Of a stretch of DNA of 64,000 bases, positions 34,601 through 44,940 are shown piece after piece. Source of the DNA: Mnemiopsis leidyi (taxonomy: Eukaryota); contig CM108483.1 of the NCBI GenBank assembly GCA_048537945.1, positions 9,850,715 through 9,914,714 of the forward strand, read 5' to 3'. Below the pieces are notes generated by a model, which saw only the letters and a list, made by a program, of their open reading frames with translations, made no database searches and was not told the DNA's origin. Each line of letters starts with the position of its first letter. The stretch's first letter is position 1. Made by a program: the position numbers and the translations under genes.

Positions 34601-34849
34601 CCTGAAAATTTCAAAAATTGTAGTTTGGTGGTTTTATTTTTTAACGGGAGCCACTTCCCGGCCAGCTACCTGCTACATTTGAGGAGGAAAAGTGATTACA
34701 TACTTATAATACATATCCAATCATCACTAATTCCCCGAACTACAAACTAGAAAATTTTAAAAAGCATCGCCCATCAACTTGACAGCATCAATTCTTTTGT
34801 TAAACTGGTGGCCCGATGAAAATTCCTCACATTCCTACTTAGTACTTAC

Positions 34850-35016
34850 CGACCATATCAGTGATGTTGGCGACTACATTGACCGTAGAGAGAGGAACTG
34901 GACTACCCTGAACTACAAGACCGATATCTACAGATTTGACGACAGTTCCATCCAGTATGTCATCAATGTCTAGAGCAGCAATTTCCTTGTTTTCACCATC
35001 GTCAAATTCCTTCTCC
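34850..35016 (-). CDS. PARP4-like copy A: linker exon (EKEFDDGENKEIAALDIDDILDGTVVKSVDIGLVVQGSPVPLSTVNVVANITDMV-)
   Basis: Acceptor gaattcag and donor g|gtaagt. Confidence 0.55.
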
Positions 35017-35160
35017 TGAATTCGATTTAGATTTGAGGCGTATGAAATACGTGCTTATCTTTATAAATGCGATGTGACATGGTGTCATTGAGAATATGGA
35101 TTGTGGGTGCATGTCTTCAACAAACAAAGAAAGGATCAATAACTCTTGAATCAGTTTCTA

Positions 35161-35348
35161 CCTTTTCGTTAGAATAAGATGTTTCAACAGGGGGGTATAA
35201 AAAGTTGGGATCAGGTATCACTCCAAACTCTATCAGTCCGATAATTTTGATACGATTCGTGTCGAAGATGCAGAATTCTCGGAAGTCAAAACACGACAAA
35301 TCATCTTCAGAACGAGTTGTTGAAACCACGGAATCATACCTGTAGAGA
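35161..35348 (-). CDS. PARP4: PARP4-like copy A: PARP catalytic domain C-terminal exon with the catalytic Glu (G-YDSVVSTTRSEDDLSCFDFREFCIFDTNRIKIIGLIEFGVIPDPNFLYPPVETSYSNEK)
   Basis: The ORF at 35117..35329. APPTGYDSV…DD…FDFREFCIF…IKIIGLIEF is similar to human PARP4 APPGYDSVHGV…DFEDDEFVVYKTNQVKMKYIIKF. Confidence 0.8.
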
Positions 35349-35446
35349 AATTGGGAAATTTAGAATTATAAAATGTGGAAGTAGCGCAGCAAAGAACTCT
35401 GTAGGGCTTTCAAAGATTATCAAAACTCTTTTCTAATGTAACCTAC

Positions 35447-35579
35447 CCAGTAGGAGGAGCAGATATACCCTGAAGTTCCTTGGAAGTAGCGTACTGGTTT
35501 CCTGCAACTACTTCACAGACTACTAGGAACATAGTCCCTCTGGGGGAAGTTTCACTGGGGTGCAAGTATCTGATACTGT
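35447..35579 (-). CDS. PARP4: PARP4-like copy A: PARP catalytic exon (-DSIRYLHPSETSPRGTMFLVVCEVVAGNQYATSKELQGISAPPTG-)
   Basis: Acceptor ttttcag and donor gg|gtaggt. Similar to PARP4 YSHPGETDGTRLLLICDVALGKC. Confidence 0.75.
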
Positions 35580-35706
35580 CCCTGAAAATACTCAAGGTAT
35601 GATACGCTGTTAAGTTTTTACAAGCACGTGGGTAATAAGAGCTTTCTGCCTAGAATAAAGCAAGTTTCATTCGATAAGAAGCACTAACAAAGCATTTTAG
35701 ACTTAC

Positions 35707-35783
35707 ATTGGATTTTCTGAGAAGTAGATTCCTCGACCCAGACGACCATGATCACGTCTTATGATACCAAGTTCATTTTCAAC
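35707..35783 (-). CDS. PARP4: PARP4-like copy A: PARP catalytic exon with the Tyr motif (VENELGIIRRDHGRLGRGIYFSENPM)
   Basis: Acceptor tttttttag and donor aat|gtaagt. GRGIYFSE resembles PARP GSGIYFSD. Confidence 0.75.
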
Positions 35784-35890
35784 CTAAAAAAATGATTGGG
35801 AATGTCAAAATAAATTCGCCATAAAAACAGACCTCGTGAATTCATCAAGCATGCCAAAATCAAATCTCGCAAAGTCTGTAAACAACCTAC

Positions 35891-36053
35891 CTGCCAGGGT
35901 AAAACAAGACCCCGAGACAAAACACCCCACATATTGGAAGTGGCAGTGGCATGATAGAGAACTTTTTTAGGAGCAGAGGGGTACCGGACTTGCTGCATCA
36001 CGGAAGAGGGGTGTTCCAAAGAGTAGTACATGGTCGGATAACCGCTGTCTTCT
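35891..36053 (-). CDS. PARP4: PARP4-like copy A: PARP catalytic exon with the His motif (…EDSGYPTMYYSLEHPSSVMQQVRYPSAPKKVLYHATATSNMWGVLSRGLVLPWQ)
   Basis: The ORF at 35759..36085 has acceptor atttacag and donor cag|gtaggt. VLYHATATSNMWGVLSRGL resembles LLHGSPVQNIVGILCRGL. Confidence 0.75.
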
Positions 36054-36189
36054 CTGTAAATGTTGATAAATTCAAGAACTGGCAATTTCAGATTGTGAAA
36101 TAATTGTTATCTCACGACTCACGTAGATCAGATTTAAATGAAATGCTGTTGTTATTAATAGTTAATTGAAAACCTTTATGTGACTAGAC

Positions 36190-36378
36190 TTACTCAATGA
36201 TTTTTATAGCTGACTGAACTTCTTTTCTTGAAATTGGCGCCAGACTAATTTTACAACCCAATGCACGATAAATATCCTCAGCTGTCGATATTCCTAGATA
36301 TTTTATCATTTTCATGATATGAAGGATAGCGATAAAGAATGCAACAATGCCCGCAGGACTAAAGGATACCAATTCCAT
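36190..36378 (-). CDS. PARP4-like copy A: PARP regulatory or catalytic N-terminal exon (approximate)
   Basis: The ORF at 36190..36378 is conserved in copy B. Exact splice sites were not resolved. Confidence 0.45.
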   Translation of the reverse strand: MELVSFSPAGIVAFFIAILHIMKMIKYLGISTAEDIYRALGCKISLAPISRKEVQSAIKIIE

Positions 36379-36475
36379 ACAAACTCAAATAGCAAAAAGA
36401 CAGTTAAGCTAACTGAATAGTTCATTGTTGTGAAAGTAACCTTGAGAATAGTTCATTGTTGTGAAAGTAACCTTG

Positions 36476-37066
36476 AGATAGAGGAATACGGTCCTTCAGG
36501 ATCCTGATTCTGTCCAAAAGTACCACCAATCCAGATTGTTTGGCAAAACTCTCCATTTTAGTTACTCCAGCTGAACTCAACTCCTTAGTCAATGCAGCAA
36601 ACAACTCAATCCTATCAGATGAGTTTTTTACCGTTGCGTCCAATAAATCCAACGCGATACTTTCTATCCTCACGGCCTTTGGTAGGGTTATTTCACCGTC
36701 ACCAAGCTCATCTAAAGCATCTTCCGCGGAATCCCAGAGAAATTTAACCAATGATAACACTCTCATTTTATGCGGAAAAATATCCAACTCAAGATCAACT
36801 TTCTCTTTCTTAAAAGGTTTCTTATCTCCCCATGTCTCATTGAGAACATGCTGTTCTTTGTAAGATCTTTTCGAGACAGCTGAGTAAACAAAGATAGCCT
36901 CAGTTCGATCTGTCAGGTCCCAAACTTTGCACTCCAACTTAGAACCACGCTTAACGACTCGATACTTTGCTGGGGGTTTAAACCAGAGTTCGGTTTTGTT
37001 GACATAGCAGAACTTCAACTTGACCATTTCTTTGTGGTCCAGCGTGGAGACAAGATACTTCGTGAC
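36476..37066 (-). CDS. PARP4-like copy A: large exon covering the region between BRCT and the catalytic domain (…VTKYLVSTLDHKEMVKLKFCYVNKTELWFKPPAKYRVVKRGSKLECKVWDL…ITLPKAVRIESIALDLLDATVKNSSDRIELFAALTKEL…DRIPLSQ-)
   Basis: The ORF at 36422..37027 has acceptor aatttcag near 37067 and donor caag|gttact. It is 95% identical to copy B (50553..51134). Confidence 0.65.
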
Positions 37067-37339
37067 TGAAATTTATAAACAGTAAGACATAATATAATGT
37101 GAATAATGGGAATTGTATTTTATTTTATGATATTGAGGTCTCCTTAGGTAGTACCTCTGCTGTACACTATCTCGTCACAAATTTTCAAACTTGACTCTGT
37201 AAGAATCTTGAAATTCTACTCGCACAGTATAGTACTTGTGTTAACAATATTGAAAATTACAATAATTAAATAACAAAATCAAAATGTTTCAACAGAAAGA
37301 ACATATTTTTTACACATTTTGGACAAAATATTATTACCA

Positions 37340-37468
37340 GATAATAATAGTTCTTTCTTTCGCTCCTTATCAAGAAATAACGGCTCATTTTCCGCACCTA
37401 AATCTAGCTGAAATTTTCCCGAATCTGTTTTCTCTTGAGCACTGAACTCCTCATATTGCTCGTAACTC
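37340..37468 (-). CDS. PARP4-like copy A exon (SYEQYEEFSAQEKTDSGKFQLDLGAENEP…), approximate
   Basis: Conserved with copy B at 52505-52600. The acceptor is cag|AGTTACGAGC. Confidence 0.45.
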
Positions 37469-37611
37469 TAACAGAAGCAAAGAAAATTTTAGTCGACCTA
37501 CAAGTAATAAACTTGTGTATTTTTAGGTCTTAACCATTCCACCATAGAACTGGCCGAAATGAGAACTAAAAAATGTCGTTGAAATCACTTAATTTAACCT
37601 GTTTTATTCCT

Positions 37612-37735
37612 AAAGCAGTAGACTCGTCTATGTAACGTTCTGACACAACTGGAATACCAAGCTTCTTGCATGTTTCACCCCTGGAGCTTTCTTTAAATCT
37701 TAACACGTTCGAACTTAAAACACAGCCCACCTGGG
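37612..37735 (-). CDS. PARP4-like copy A: second half of the BRCT domain (…VLSSNVLKFKESSRGETCKKLGIPVVSERYIDESTALGIKQ), approximate
   Basis: Paralog of the 52634..52846 ORF. It matches the BRCT C-terminal half. Confidence 0.55.
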
Positions 37736-37874
37736 AGTTAACTATTTCAGCAGAGTCGGGAATTTATCCAATTTACAATTCTGTATCAGCTGTGTATATG
37801 TGATCCTAATTTAAAGAGATTTGTTTGCTAACTCTTACAAACCCTGCAAATATTTTTGTTGATTCAAACAAACC

Positions 37875-38005
37875 TTTTTGTTAAGACTAAATGATACTTG
37901 TCCTCCCCCATCAACTACTGCATTTTTTATCCGGGTTTTTGTCTTAAAATTGTAGCTGGTACCATCGATAAAGATGACATCCCCTTGGAACAGGTTTTCC
38001 TTCAT
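37875..38005 (-). CDS. PARP4: PARP4-like copy A: first coding exon, BRCT N-terminal half (MKENLFQGDVIFIDGTSYNFKTKTRIKNAVVDGGGQVSFSLNKK)
   Basis: ATG at 38003-38005 (- strand) and donor aag|gtttgt. KNAVVDGGGQVSFSLNKK resembles PARP4 IKENGGKFSFSLNPQ. Confidence 0.65.
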
Positions 38006-39694
38006 TCTTTATCTTACAACCATTATTTTCCCCATTAACCTGTGTTATGTACGTGGAAATCCGAACAATAAATTGTGTCTTTAACATTGAATAATAATAA
38101 TAAAGTCGACCGAATGAGATTGCTCAAATATTTGTATTTTAAGACTCTTTGCAGTTGAAATTTTTCAGAGAAAGCTCGACACGAATTGTCAAACATTGAA
38201 TAAAACTGAGGTTTGAAATCAAAAATTGGTAATATAGAGTGGTAATTTAACCACGATTACATTTACAATGAAAAACTGACGTAAACATGAAGAAAGAGAT
38301 AGAGATCCACTGACTCTGAGGATTCCATCTATAGGTGAAAAGTAAATCTTAACTAACAAAATAACAAACTTGATTCTTGATAACGACAAAGATTGGATCA
38401 CTATGACTGCGCTGACATAAAAACTTAAAATTGCAAAATTTCTATATTTTTAATTTATTAGAATTTAAGAACAACTTGTTTGGTCAGGTAAAGCTTAAAT
38501 TGACATTCAAGATTGCACCAATGACCAAAAACAGGTTAATTTGTAAGATAAGGACTAAAGTAGGATGGCTTGTTACATGTTAATGTAATCTAACTCATAC
38601 TTGATATCTAATTTTATTTGTATGGCCTGAACTCATTCTCGTTGATTTCTTTTTCAGGTTATAATTGTCGTCTATAATCATAAAAAAGATCTGAAATTTG
38701 TAACAGACGTCATTCGACATAAAACGTGACAGTTTGCAAAAAACGTAACAGGTTGCATAAAACGGTTGAATCCATCTAACATTGAGTAAAAAGCCGTAAA
38801 AACTATAAGATCATAGAAAAGTCGCAAAATTTACCGATCCAATATCAAGTAATCTTTCTGTAAATTATAAAGAAAAGCATCTGTGAAAAAAATTTACATA
38901 CATCATACTATACTATACAAAATTTCAGTTGAACCAAAAACTGAACAAACTACACACAACCAACTTAATTCAATTTTCACATATAAACAACTTTTCTCTC
39001 AACCATAAGACATAAATACAAAACATTTATCAAATAATCACATACATAAAAAGATTACCACAGTCTACGCACTAGCTGCAAGGACAAGCAGATTGCGGCG
39101 CATGTGGTGGTTATGGAATAACATAAAATGTAAAAAAAAGGTGAAAAATAGATAGATTGATTTCTCAAGTCAAAAAGAAAGAAATTTAAGAGAAAAAAAG
39201 AAAGAAATTTAAGAGTATTCAGAAAATGCCTCCAAATTGCTTTTTTGAACTATAATGATAAATGATTTTATGTTTTAAAAGAAAGTTTCATCTCTAAAAT
39301 TTAACAAACAATCATCATGATCGATTGACAATGTGCAATCTTCGGTAACAATCATGTTAAAAGATATTAAACCGGATAAATGATTACAGTTACTTCTGTC
39401 TGCGATTATTGTACCACATCTAAAGCAGAATGTTACAATCAGTCGCTTCAAATTCTTTTACGATTGGAAATAGAACAGCGCTGAAATCCAAACAGCAGAC
39501 TTTTTTTCTTTCTTGCTTCTTCTATGAATTGCTTTCCTTTATTCTGAAAAAAAATTGATACGGGTGATAAAAATAGAGGCCATCCTAAAGGTTAAAGTAC
39601 TCTCAATTTTCATACGACATACCCGATAAGTTAATTCCCACAGTTGCAGCAGTACATAAAATGAATGAAGAGTTCAACTAACAATACTCACAGT

Positions 39695-39785
39695 TATGTT
39701 GTACGGACTATCACTGCTGAATATCGAATACGCTGCTTCAAATAAATCTTTTGTTAGTGTCACATCTTTTTCTTGCTGATCCTGA
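39695..39785 (-). CDS. Candidate downstream exon of copy B (DQQEKDVTLTKDLFEAAYSIFSSDSPYNIT|gtgagt)
   Basis: Acceptor cag and donor gtgagt with an open frame. No homology. Confidence 0.3.
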
Positions 39786-39949
39786 GTTCAAAATGAATCA
39801 GCAAAGCATAGTCAAGAAATGATTATTTATTCCCCAATGATTTGAAACTCGATGATTTCATTAGGTCAAAATGTGCTCCAGGATTTTTGATATTCAAAAA
39901 GCAATTTCAACGAAATACACTCGATAAGTTTTGGCATAAAAACTCACTC

Positions 39950-40085
39950 TAATAGCGATGTAAATAAGTAGAGAGAAAAAGGATGTCCAATCCCAAGAAA
40001 CGGCTAGGGTGCGAGGTAGGTTAACAAATTTCTCACAGAAGATAATGTAGTACAATCCCTGTAGCTGAAGGTGGTTCTCATTCAA
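39950..40085 (-). CDS. PARP4-like copy B: small hydrophobic exon (…LYYIIFCEKFVNLPRTLAVSWDWTSFFSLLIYIAIR|gtgagt)
   Basis: Paralog of 21299-21495. It is followed by a canonical donor. Confidence 0.5.
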
Positions 40086-40200
40086 TATGGTAAAAACGAT
40101 ATGTATACTATTATGAGTAATGAGAAGTGAAATGGATTTGGCTTATTCAGTAGACTTACTTTAAGTAATTTCGAGAACTTTTAAGTTGAATTTGACTCAC

Positions 40201-41298
40201 CATGTCAATCGTTTCGTACCGATGACGAATGTAATCATTACTGAAGTCGTCGTAAACGAAATCCGGCCATATCCAGTCGGTTGCAACATCACTCACAATT
40301 TGCGTTAACTGCCTTTCATCATCATCTTCATGAGAGGCGGCAACGGCACATCTTAGAACACAACAGATAACTTTTACGTAACTAAGAAACTCGCCAGAAA
40401 CGAGGTTCCCCAAACTATTGAGTCCATTTTTGAGGAGACTTTCTGATGCAATCTTGTAAATCAGATCTCCTTCCAAAATATCGTCAGTCAGAAGCTGGAC
40501 ATCGGGTCTACTGATGACTTCAAGGATGTTTTGTTTCCAAATTGTTGTTTTGTCTCCGCTGGAATTCAACTTCAATTCAACAGAAATTACTTCAAATATT
40601 TTTCTCACAGTTTGGTATATCTTGGTGCGTCTCTGTCTTGATATTGTCAACATTTTTCTATCTGAAAACTTCGACAGGATTTCGCAGAACGCATCGTACT
40701 TAATCGAGGCAAGCAGGTTGCTATACCACACGGACTCCCCCTCTGATCTTTCAGATAATTCAGTCAATTCTTTCACAAATTCTCTCTTCCTTCTATCCAC
40801 TTCAGTAAAGCCCCAGAACTCATCCTGGTCTTCCTCCTCTTTCATGGGGACCGGGAAAGATGACCGTGAAATGGGTACGTTCGATGATCGAAACCGTTCT
40901 GGACCGCTTGATGCGAACGTTGAGTAACCTACTGGCATTGACTTCTCACAAGATTGTTCCATAAGCATGTTTAGGTTTTCGGATCGATCTACCATCTTAT
41001 TTAAACTATCCTTGAATATAACTTCTTGATACTGCTTTAGTTCTTCGGCTAGTTGTAAAGTAGATCTGCTACCAAGACAGACATCCTCAATTGTTGGATC
41101 GTATTCATTTTTAGAACGAGATGAGAATTCCACGAATTCATCAATAGTAGGATGTAGATCAAGAGAGCTGGCTTGGTCATACATGACAGCATCCAAAGAG
41201 TCAGCATCTAAGTCTAGACAATCTTGAAAATTTTCTCCAGAATCATGATATGCCATTTTAACTAAAGATCCCTCGTCGACAACATCTTCAATATCCAC
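40201..41298 (-). CDS. PARP4-like copy B: large C-terminal exon (VDIEDVVDEGSLVKMAYHDSGENF…WYSNLLASIKYDAFCEILSKF…ILEGDLIYKIASESLLKNGLNSLGNLVSGEFLSYVKVICCVLR…RHRYETIDM|gtgagt)
   Basis: The ORF at 40156..41304 has acceptor ttgcag|GTGGAT and donor atg|gtgagt. It contains the domain shared with 21568-22296. Confidence 0.65.
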
Positions 41299-41397
41299 CT
41301 GCAACCAGAGGACAGATTTTAAACAAAAATTACTGTAGATAAGTCAAATAATTTTATAAAATGATAGACCATTTTTATTGTTTGACATACAACTTAC

Positions 41398-41604
41398 CTC
41401 AACTCCTTCAAGAGATGTTTCGATCTCGGTCCCACTACAAGAAGAACTATCCCATTTGTCCGAACTGGAGGATTCAGATTTAGAAGCGACATTAGATCTT
41501 CTCATCATCATAGATCTGACAGGCATAGATCTTAATTCCGGTTCAGGTTTTGACATTTTGTATCTTATTAAAGATTCTTCCTCTACTACATCTTCAATAT
41601 TCAC
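41398..41604 (-). CDS. PARP4-like copy B: repeated-module exon ([69 protein letters not shown])
   Basis: Acceptor tcgcag and donor gag|gtaagt. The same module recurs at the 3' end of the previous exon (…[50 protein letters not shown]|gtgagt). Confidence 0.65.
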
Positions 41605-42234
41605 CTGCGACAAGAAGATAGAAGTTTAACTTTTGATTATGGCGAACAATTTAAATTATATACCTCAGCTTACTACTTAAGGGACGAATGTCAAAAGTTT
41701 TCCTGTTTTTATCACATCGAGTTTGTTTTTCGGGGTCGTTCACATATGACGTCAGCAAATTTTCGGTAATCTTTACCCCCCCCTCCCCCTCCGTCATCAT
41801 TCATCATCATGACAAAAACCCTCCTTAATGTCAGAGGTAAATTACCAAAATGACATCATCACAGTCAGAACCCCTCCCCCTACGTCATCTCAAAAAACTT
41901 GATTTTTGATCTTTTAATTTGCAGTCATTTTTGAATTTTTTCATACTTTGTCAGTGAAAACACAGTATTTCACCAGATTTCTGAATCAGAATTTTTACTT
42001 GAAAATTTTCCTTCTGATTTTGTAAAATTCTGATAAAAATTTTCAGAAGAAATAAAAAATTTTCAAAAAAAGTCCTATAATCCTGAAATTTTTTGATAAC
42101 ATCATCATTTGGAAACCCCCCTCCCCCCTAGGTGATGACGTCATATCTGAACGACCCCTCATCACATCGAGTCACACAAGTCGTTTATTCCTATTCAATT
42201 TGACACTAAAGACCACGATTTTTATTGTTTGACC

Positions 42235-43726
42235 TACTACTCACCTCATCGTCTCTTATTGATGCTCCCATCTCAGTGCCACTACAAGAAGAGCTATCCC
42301 ATTTGTCCGAACTGTAGGATTCAGATTTAGAAGCGATATGAGATCTTCTCATCATCCTAGATCGTAATTCCGGTTCAGGTTTTGAAATTTTGTAGCTACC
42401 TCCGATAGACGGTCGAAGAGCGTCCTCTCCACTGATACGTTCGATACTACGACAAATAGCGGTCAATTTTTCCTCTTCATCATGTCTTGGAGGTGCCGAT
42501 TTTACGAAATAATTGTTTCTAGATGAATTCATTTTTATTTCTTCAAGTCGTAACTGTGGTGCTGCACTGAAATGACCTCCAGTGTGGGATGGAAGTGGTG
42601 GAGGCATCGGGGCTGCAGCAAATTGACCCCCATAGTGGGTATGAGGTGTTGGTCCTGCGCTGGGAGGTGGTGGCGGTGCTGCTCCAAATGAAAGTTCTGC
42701 TGGGTTAGATGAGGGCGGAGGACAACTGAATGAAGCTTTGGTCTTCGCAAGAGGTCCTGCTGATTTATATAACATCATGCTTGAGGCTGGAGAGTCAGGT
42801 TGAGAAGAGTACGTCGACAAAACCCTCTTCTTTATAAAGCCACCCGGTGCTGCACTGCCTACACGCTGAGGTGCTGCACTAGGTGCACGTGGAGGTGCTG
42901 CACCAGGTGCACGCGAAGGTGCTGCACCAGGTGCACGTGGAGGTGCTGCACCAGGTGCACGCGGAGGTGCTGCACCAGGTGCACGCGGAGGTGCTGCACC
43001 AGGTGCACGTGGAGGTGCTGCACCAGGTGCACGTGGAGGTGCTGCACCAGGTGCACGTGGAGGTGCTGCACCAGGTGCACGTGGAGGTGCTGCACCAGGT
43101 GCACGTGGAGGTGCTGCACCAGGTGCACGTGGAGGTGCTGCACCAGGTGCACGTGGAGGTGCTGCACCTGGCGGAGGCGGGGGTGCTGCACCTAGTGACG
43201 GCGGGGGTGCTGTCTTATACACGGGTGTTTGTTGAACATTGGTGTTAGTTGTAGTGACTCTGTCAGTAATTGTTCGCCGAGCCATCGATTTGCCAGCTCT
43301 TTTAGAAGGAGCAAGAGGATTGGTGAGAGTTAAAATCCCTCTTTTGGCTAGCGCCTCATCTCCAATATAAGCGTCTTTCTGGCCCATCCCAACCATAACT
43401 CCTTGATGCCTAGGTCTCCCTATAAGAGGTTGGAATAAAGCCGAAGGAGCATCTTCTCCTGCGAATCCAGCTTTGACCATGTAGCTACCCATGTCAAGAA
43501 CCAAAGGTGTACCCAACGACATAGCCTCTTCCTCTTCTTCTAATTCAGAAGAAGAGTCGTCACTCATTAGAGCAGAAACATCAACTTGGGAAGTTTCCTC
43601 AGCAAATGGGCTTTCCAGTTTTCCCAGTACAGCTATTTTACTTACAACCTCGTCTCCAACGTAAGAATCCCTGATAGACATGCCGACCATGACAGATGTT
43701 TCTGAATGTTCAGCAACCAACGACCT
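42235..43726 (-). CDS. PARP4-like copy B: ~497-aa exon. It carries actin-like repeat 1 (second half: [40 protein letters not shown]) and actin-like repeat 2 ([66 protein letters not shown]). These are followed by a 15x GAAPPRAP polyproline array, a Pro-rich region and the KPEPELRS…[12 protein letters not shown] module.
   Basis: The ORF at 42206..43720 has acceptor ttgcag|G (phase 1, completing the AGG Arg from the upstream AG) and donor gag|gtgagt. The actin similarity covers ACTB residues ~8-75 including the D-loop [12 protein letters not shown]. Confidence 0.8.
42850..43200. repeat. 24-bp coding minisatellite (gtgctgcaccaggtgcacgtggag x ~14-15) encoding (GAAPPRAP)n on the - strand
   Basis: A near-perfect tandem array with a few C/G variants that switch Trp and Arg in the spurious + frame. 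The ORFs at 42800..43195 (+) and 42859..43191 (-) are repeat-frame artefacts. Confidence 0.9.
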
Positions 43727-43932
43727 GCAACAATATCCTGTGTCTTTATTTCATTTAAATAAGTTGGTTTCATTACAATATATAAGTAATTAAAAGGTTT
43801 TACTAAAGATTGGACTAGTACTCTTCAAACAAACTGTCTAGAAATTACGTAAACAACAAAATAAAATATGAAAGATACTTAAAATTAAAAATTGGTGCCT
43901 ATCCAATCCAATCAAAGCACTCTTCATCTTAC

Positions 43933-44150
43933 CTGAACACAGCTCGTGGAGCGTCATCTCCCGCAAAACCTCCTTTTATTTTATAAGATCCTAGATCTAC
44001 AACCAGAGTAGAGTCGTCATCATCTTCCTCCTCAGATGAGGAGTCTGCTGTAGATTCATCAGAATCAGAGGATTCAGACACCATAAGATCAGCAGATGTT
44101 TCCTCTAAAAGGACAACACCAGTAACATGTTCAGGATTCTTTTCTTTTGC
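43933..44150 (-). CDS. PARP4-like copy B: acidic stretch plus actin-like repeat 1, first half (AKEKNPEHVTGVVLLEETSADLMVSESSDSDESTADSSSEEEDDDDSTLVVDLGSYKIKGGFAGDDAPRAVF-R)
   Basis: The ORF at 43929..44183 has acceptor cacag|GCA and donor ag|gtaag. It is phase-matched to both neighbouring exons. Confidence 0.75.
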
Positions 44151-44262
44151 CTGTGATGCGAGATAGTAAGTGTATAGTGTCAAGACATGTCAGTTTACAG
44201 TTTATACGATTGTAGAAATAGACCTGTGATTTGACTTTTCAGACTTTTCTCTCCCAGTTACC

Positions 44263-44466
44263 TGAAGTTTCGGAACATCCGTGTAAGCGACATAGGGAAG
44301 ACTATCTTCCCGCATCTCAGACAAGAGAGTATCAACATCTACTGTTTTTTGGACAATCTCATCTTTTTCTCGCTCTTCAACAGCAACAAAGCTGGTAAAG
44401 GGAGATATCACTGAGTGTTCCAGGGACAACGATACAATTTCCTCTTTTCTCTTTCTCTGCTGACTC
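44263..44466 (-). CDS. PARP4-like copy B exon (SQQRKRKEEIVSLSLEHSVISPFTSFVAVEEREKDEIVQKTVDVDTLLSEMREDSLPYVAYTDVPKLQ)
   Basis: The ORF at 44202..44474 has acceptor tgtttcag and donor cag|gtaact. Confidence 0.7.
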
Positions 44467-44799
44467 TGAAACATATTCGTATTTATTATCCTAGTTATCT
44501 TAAAGTTTCTTATCCAAGTTATCTTAAAGTTTCTTATCCGTCTTAAAATACAATACTACATGATTTTAAAATGTGTCTGTCATAACCTAATTTAAGTTAT
44601 TTAGGTACGATATATACCTCGTGAAGCCTTTGATCTTCACCCATTACCCCATTCACATAGTCTTCTATCATAGCTCTAGCAGTGAGCTTGTGTATCACAC
44701 TTCCTGCCAAAAAACCTTCATGTTAATGAACAATTTCATTGTTGAATAACCCTAATTACTTAAGTAAGTGGTTAAAAGGGCTAGAGTATAAAAAACTAC

Positions 44800-44940
44800 C
44801 TACCTTGCTTGACGTTGAGTTCCTCAACACTGACTAGAGTATCCAAGAACTGATCCCCGAGATGAGCTAAAAGGGATGCAGATCTGCAGTGTGGAACGTA
44901 TCCGTATACTATCTGAAAATGAAATGTTTTTGAAGGAAGT
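44800..44940 (-). CDS. PARP4-like copy B exon (…IVYGYVPHCRSASLLAHLGDQFLDTLVSVEELNVKQ), approximate
   Basis: The ORF at 44796..45023. Paralog of 27897-27986. Confidence 0.5.

Noticed and set aside
40514-40927. The + strand ORF of 137 aa
   Set aside because: Antisense to the well-supported copy-B exon 40201-41298.
42800-43248. ORFs at 42800..43195 (+), 42859..43191 (-) and 42883..43248 (+), encoding CCTRCT…, QHLHVHLV… and HQVHVEVL… repeats
   Set aside because: These are alternative reading frames of the 24-bp (GAAPPRAP)n coding minisatellite. Only the - frame that is continuous with the flanking actin-like and Pro-rich sequence is real.
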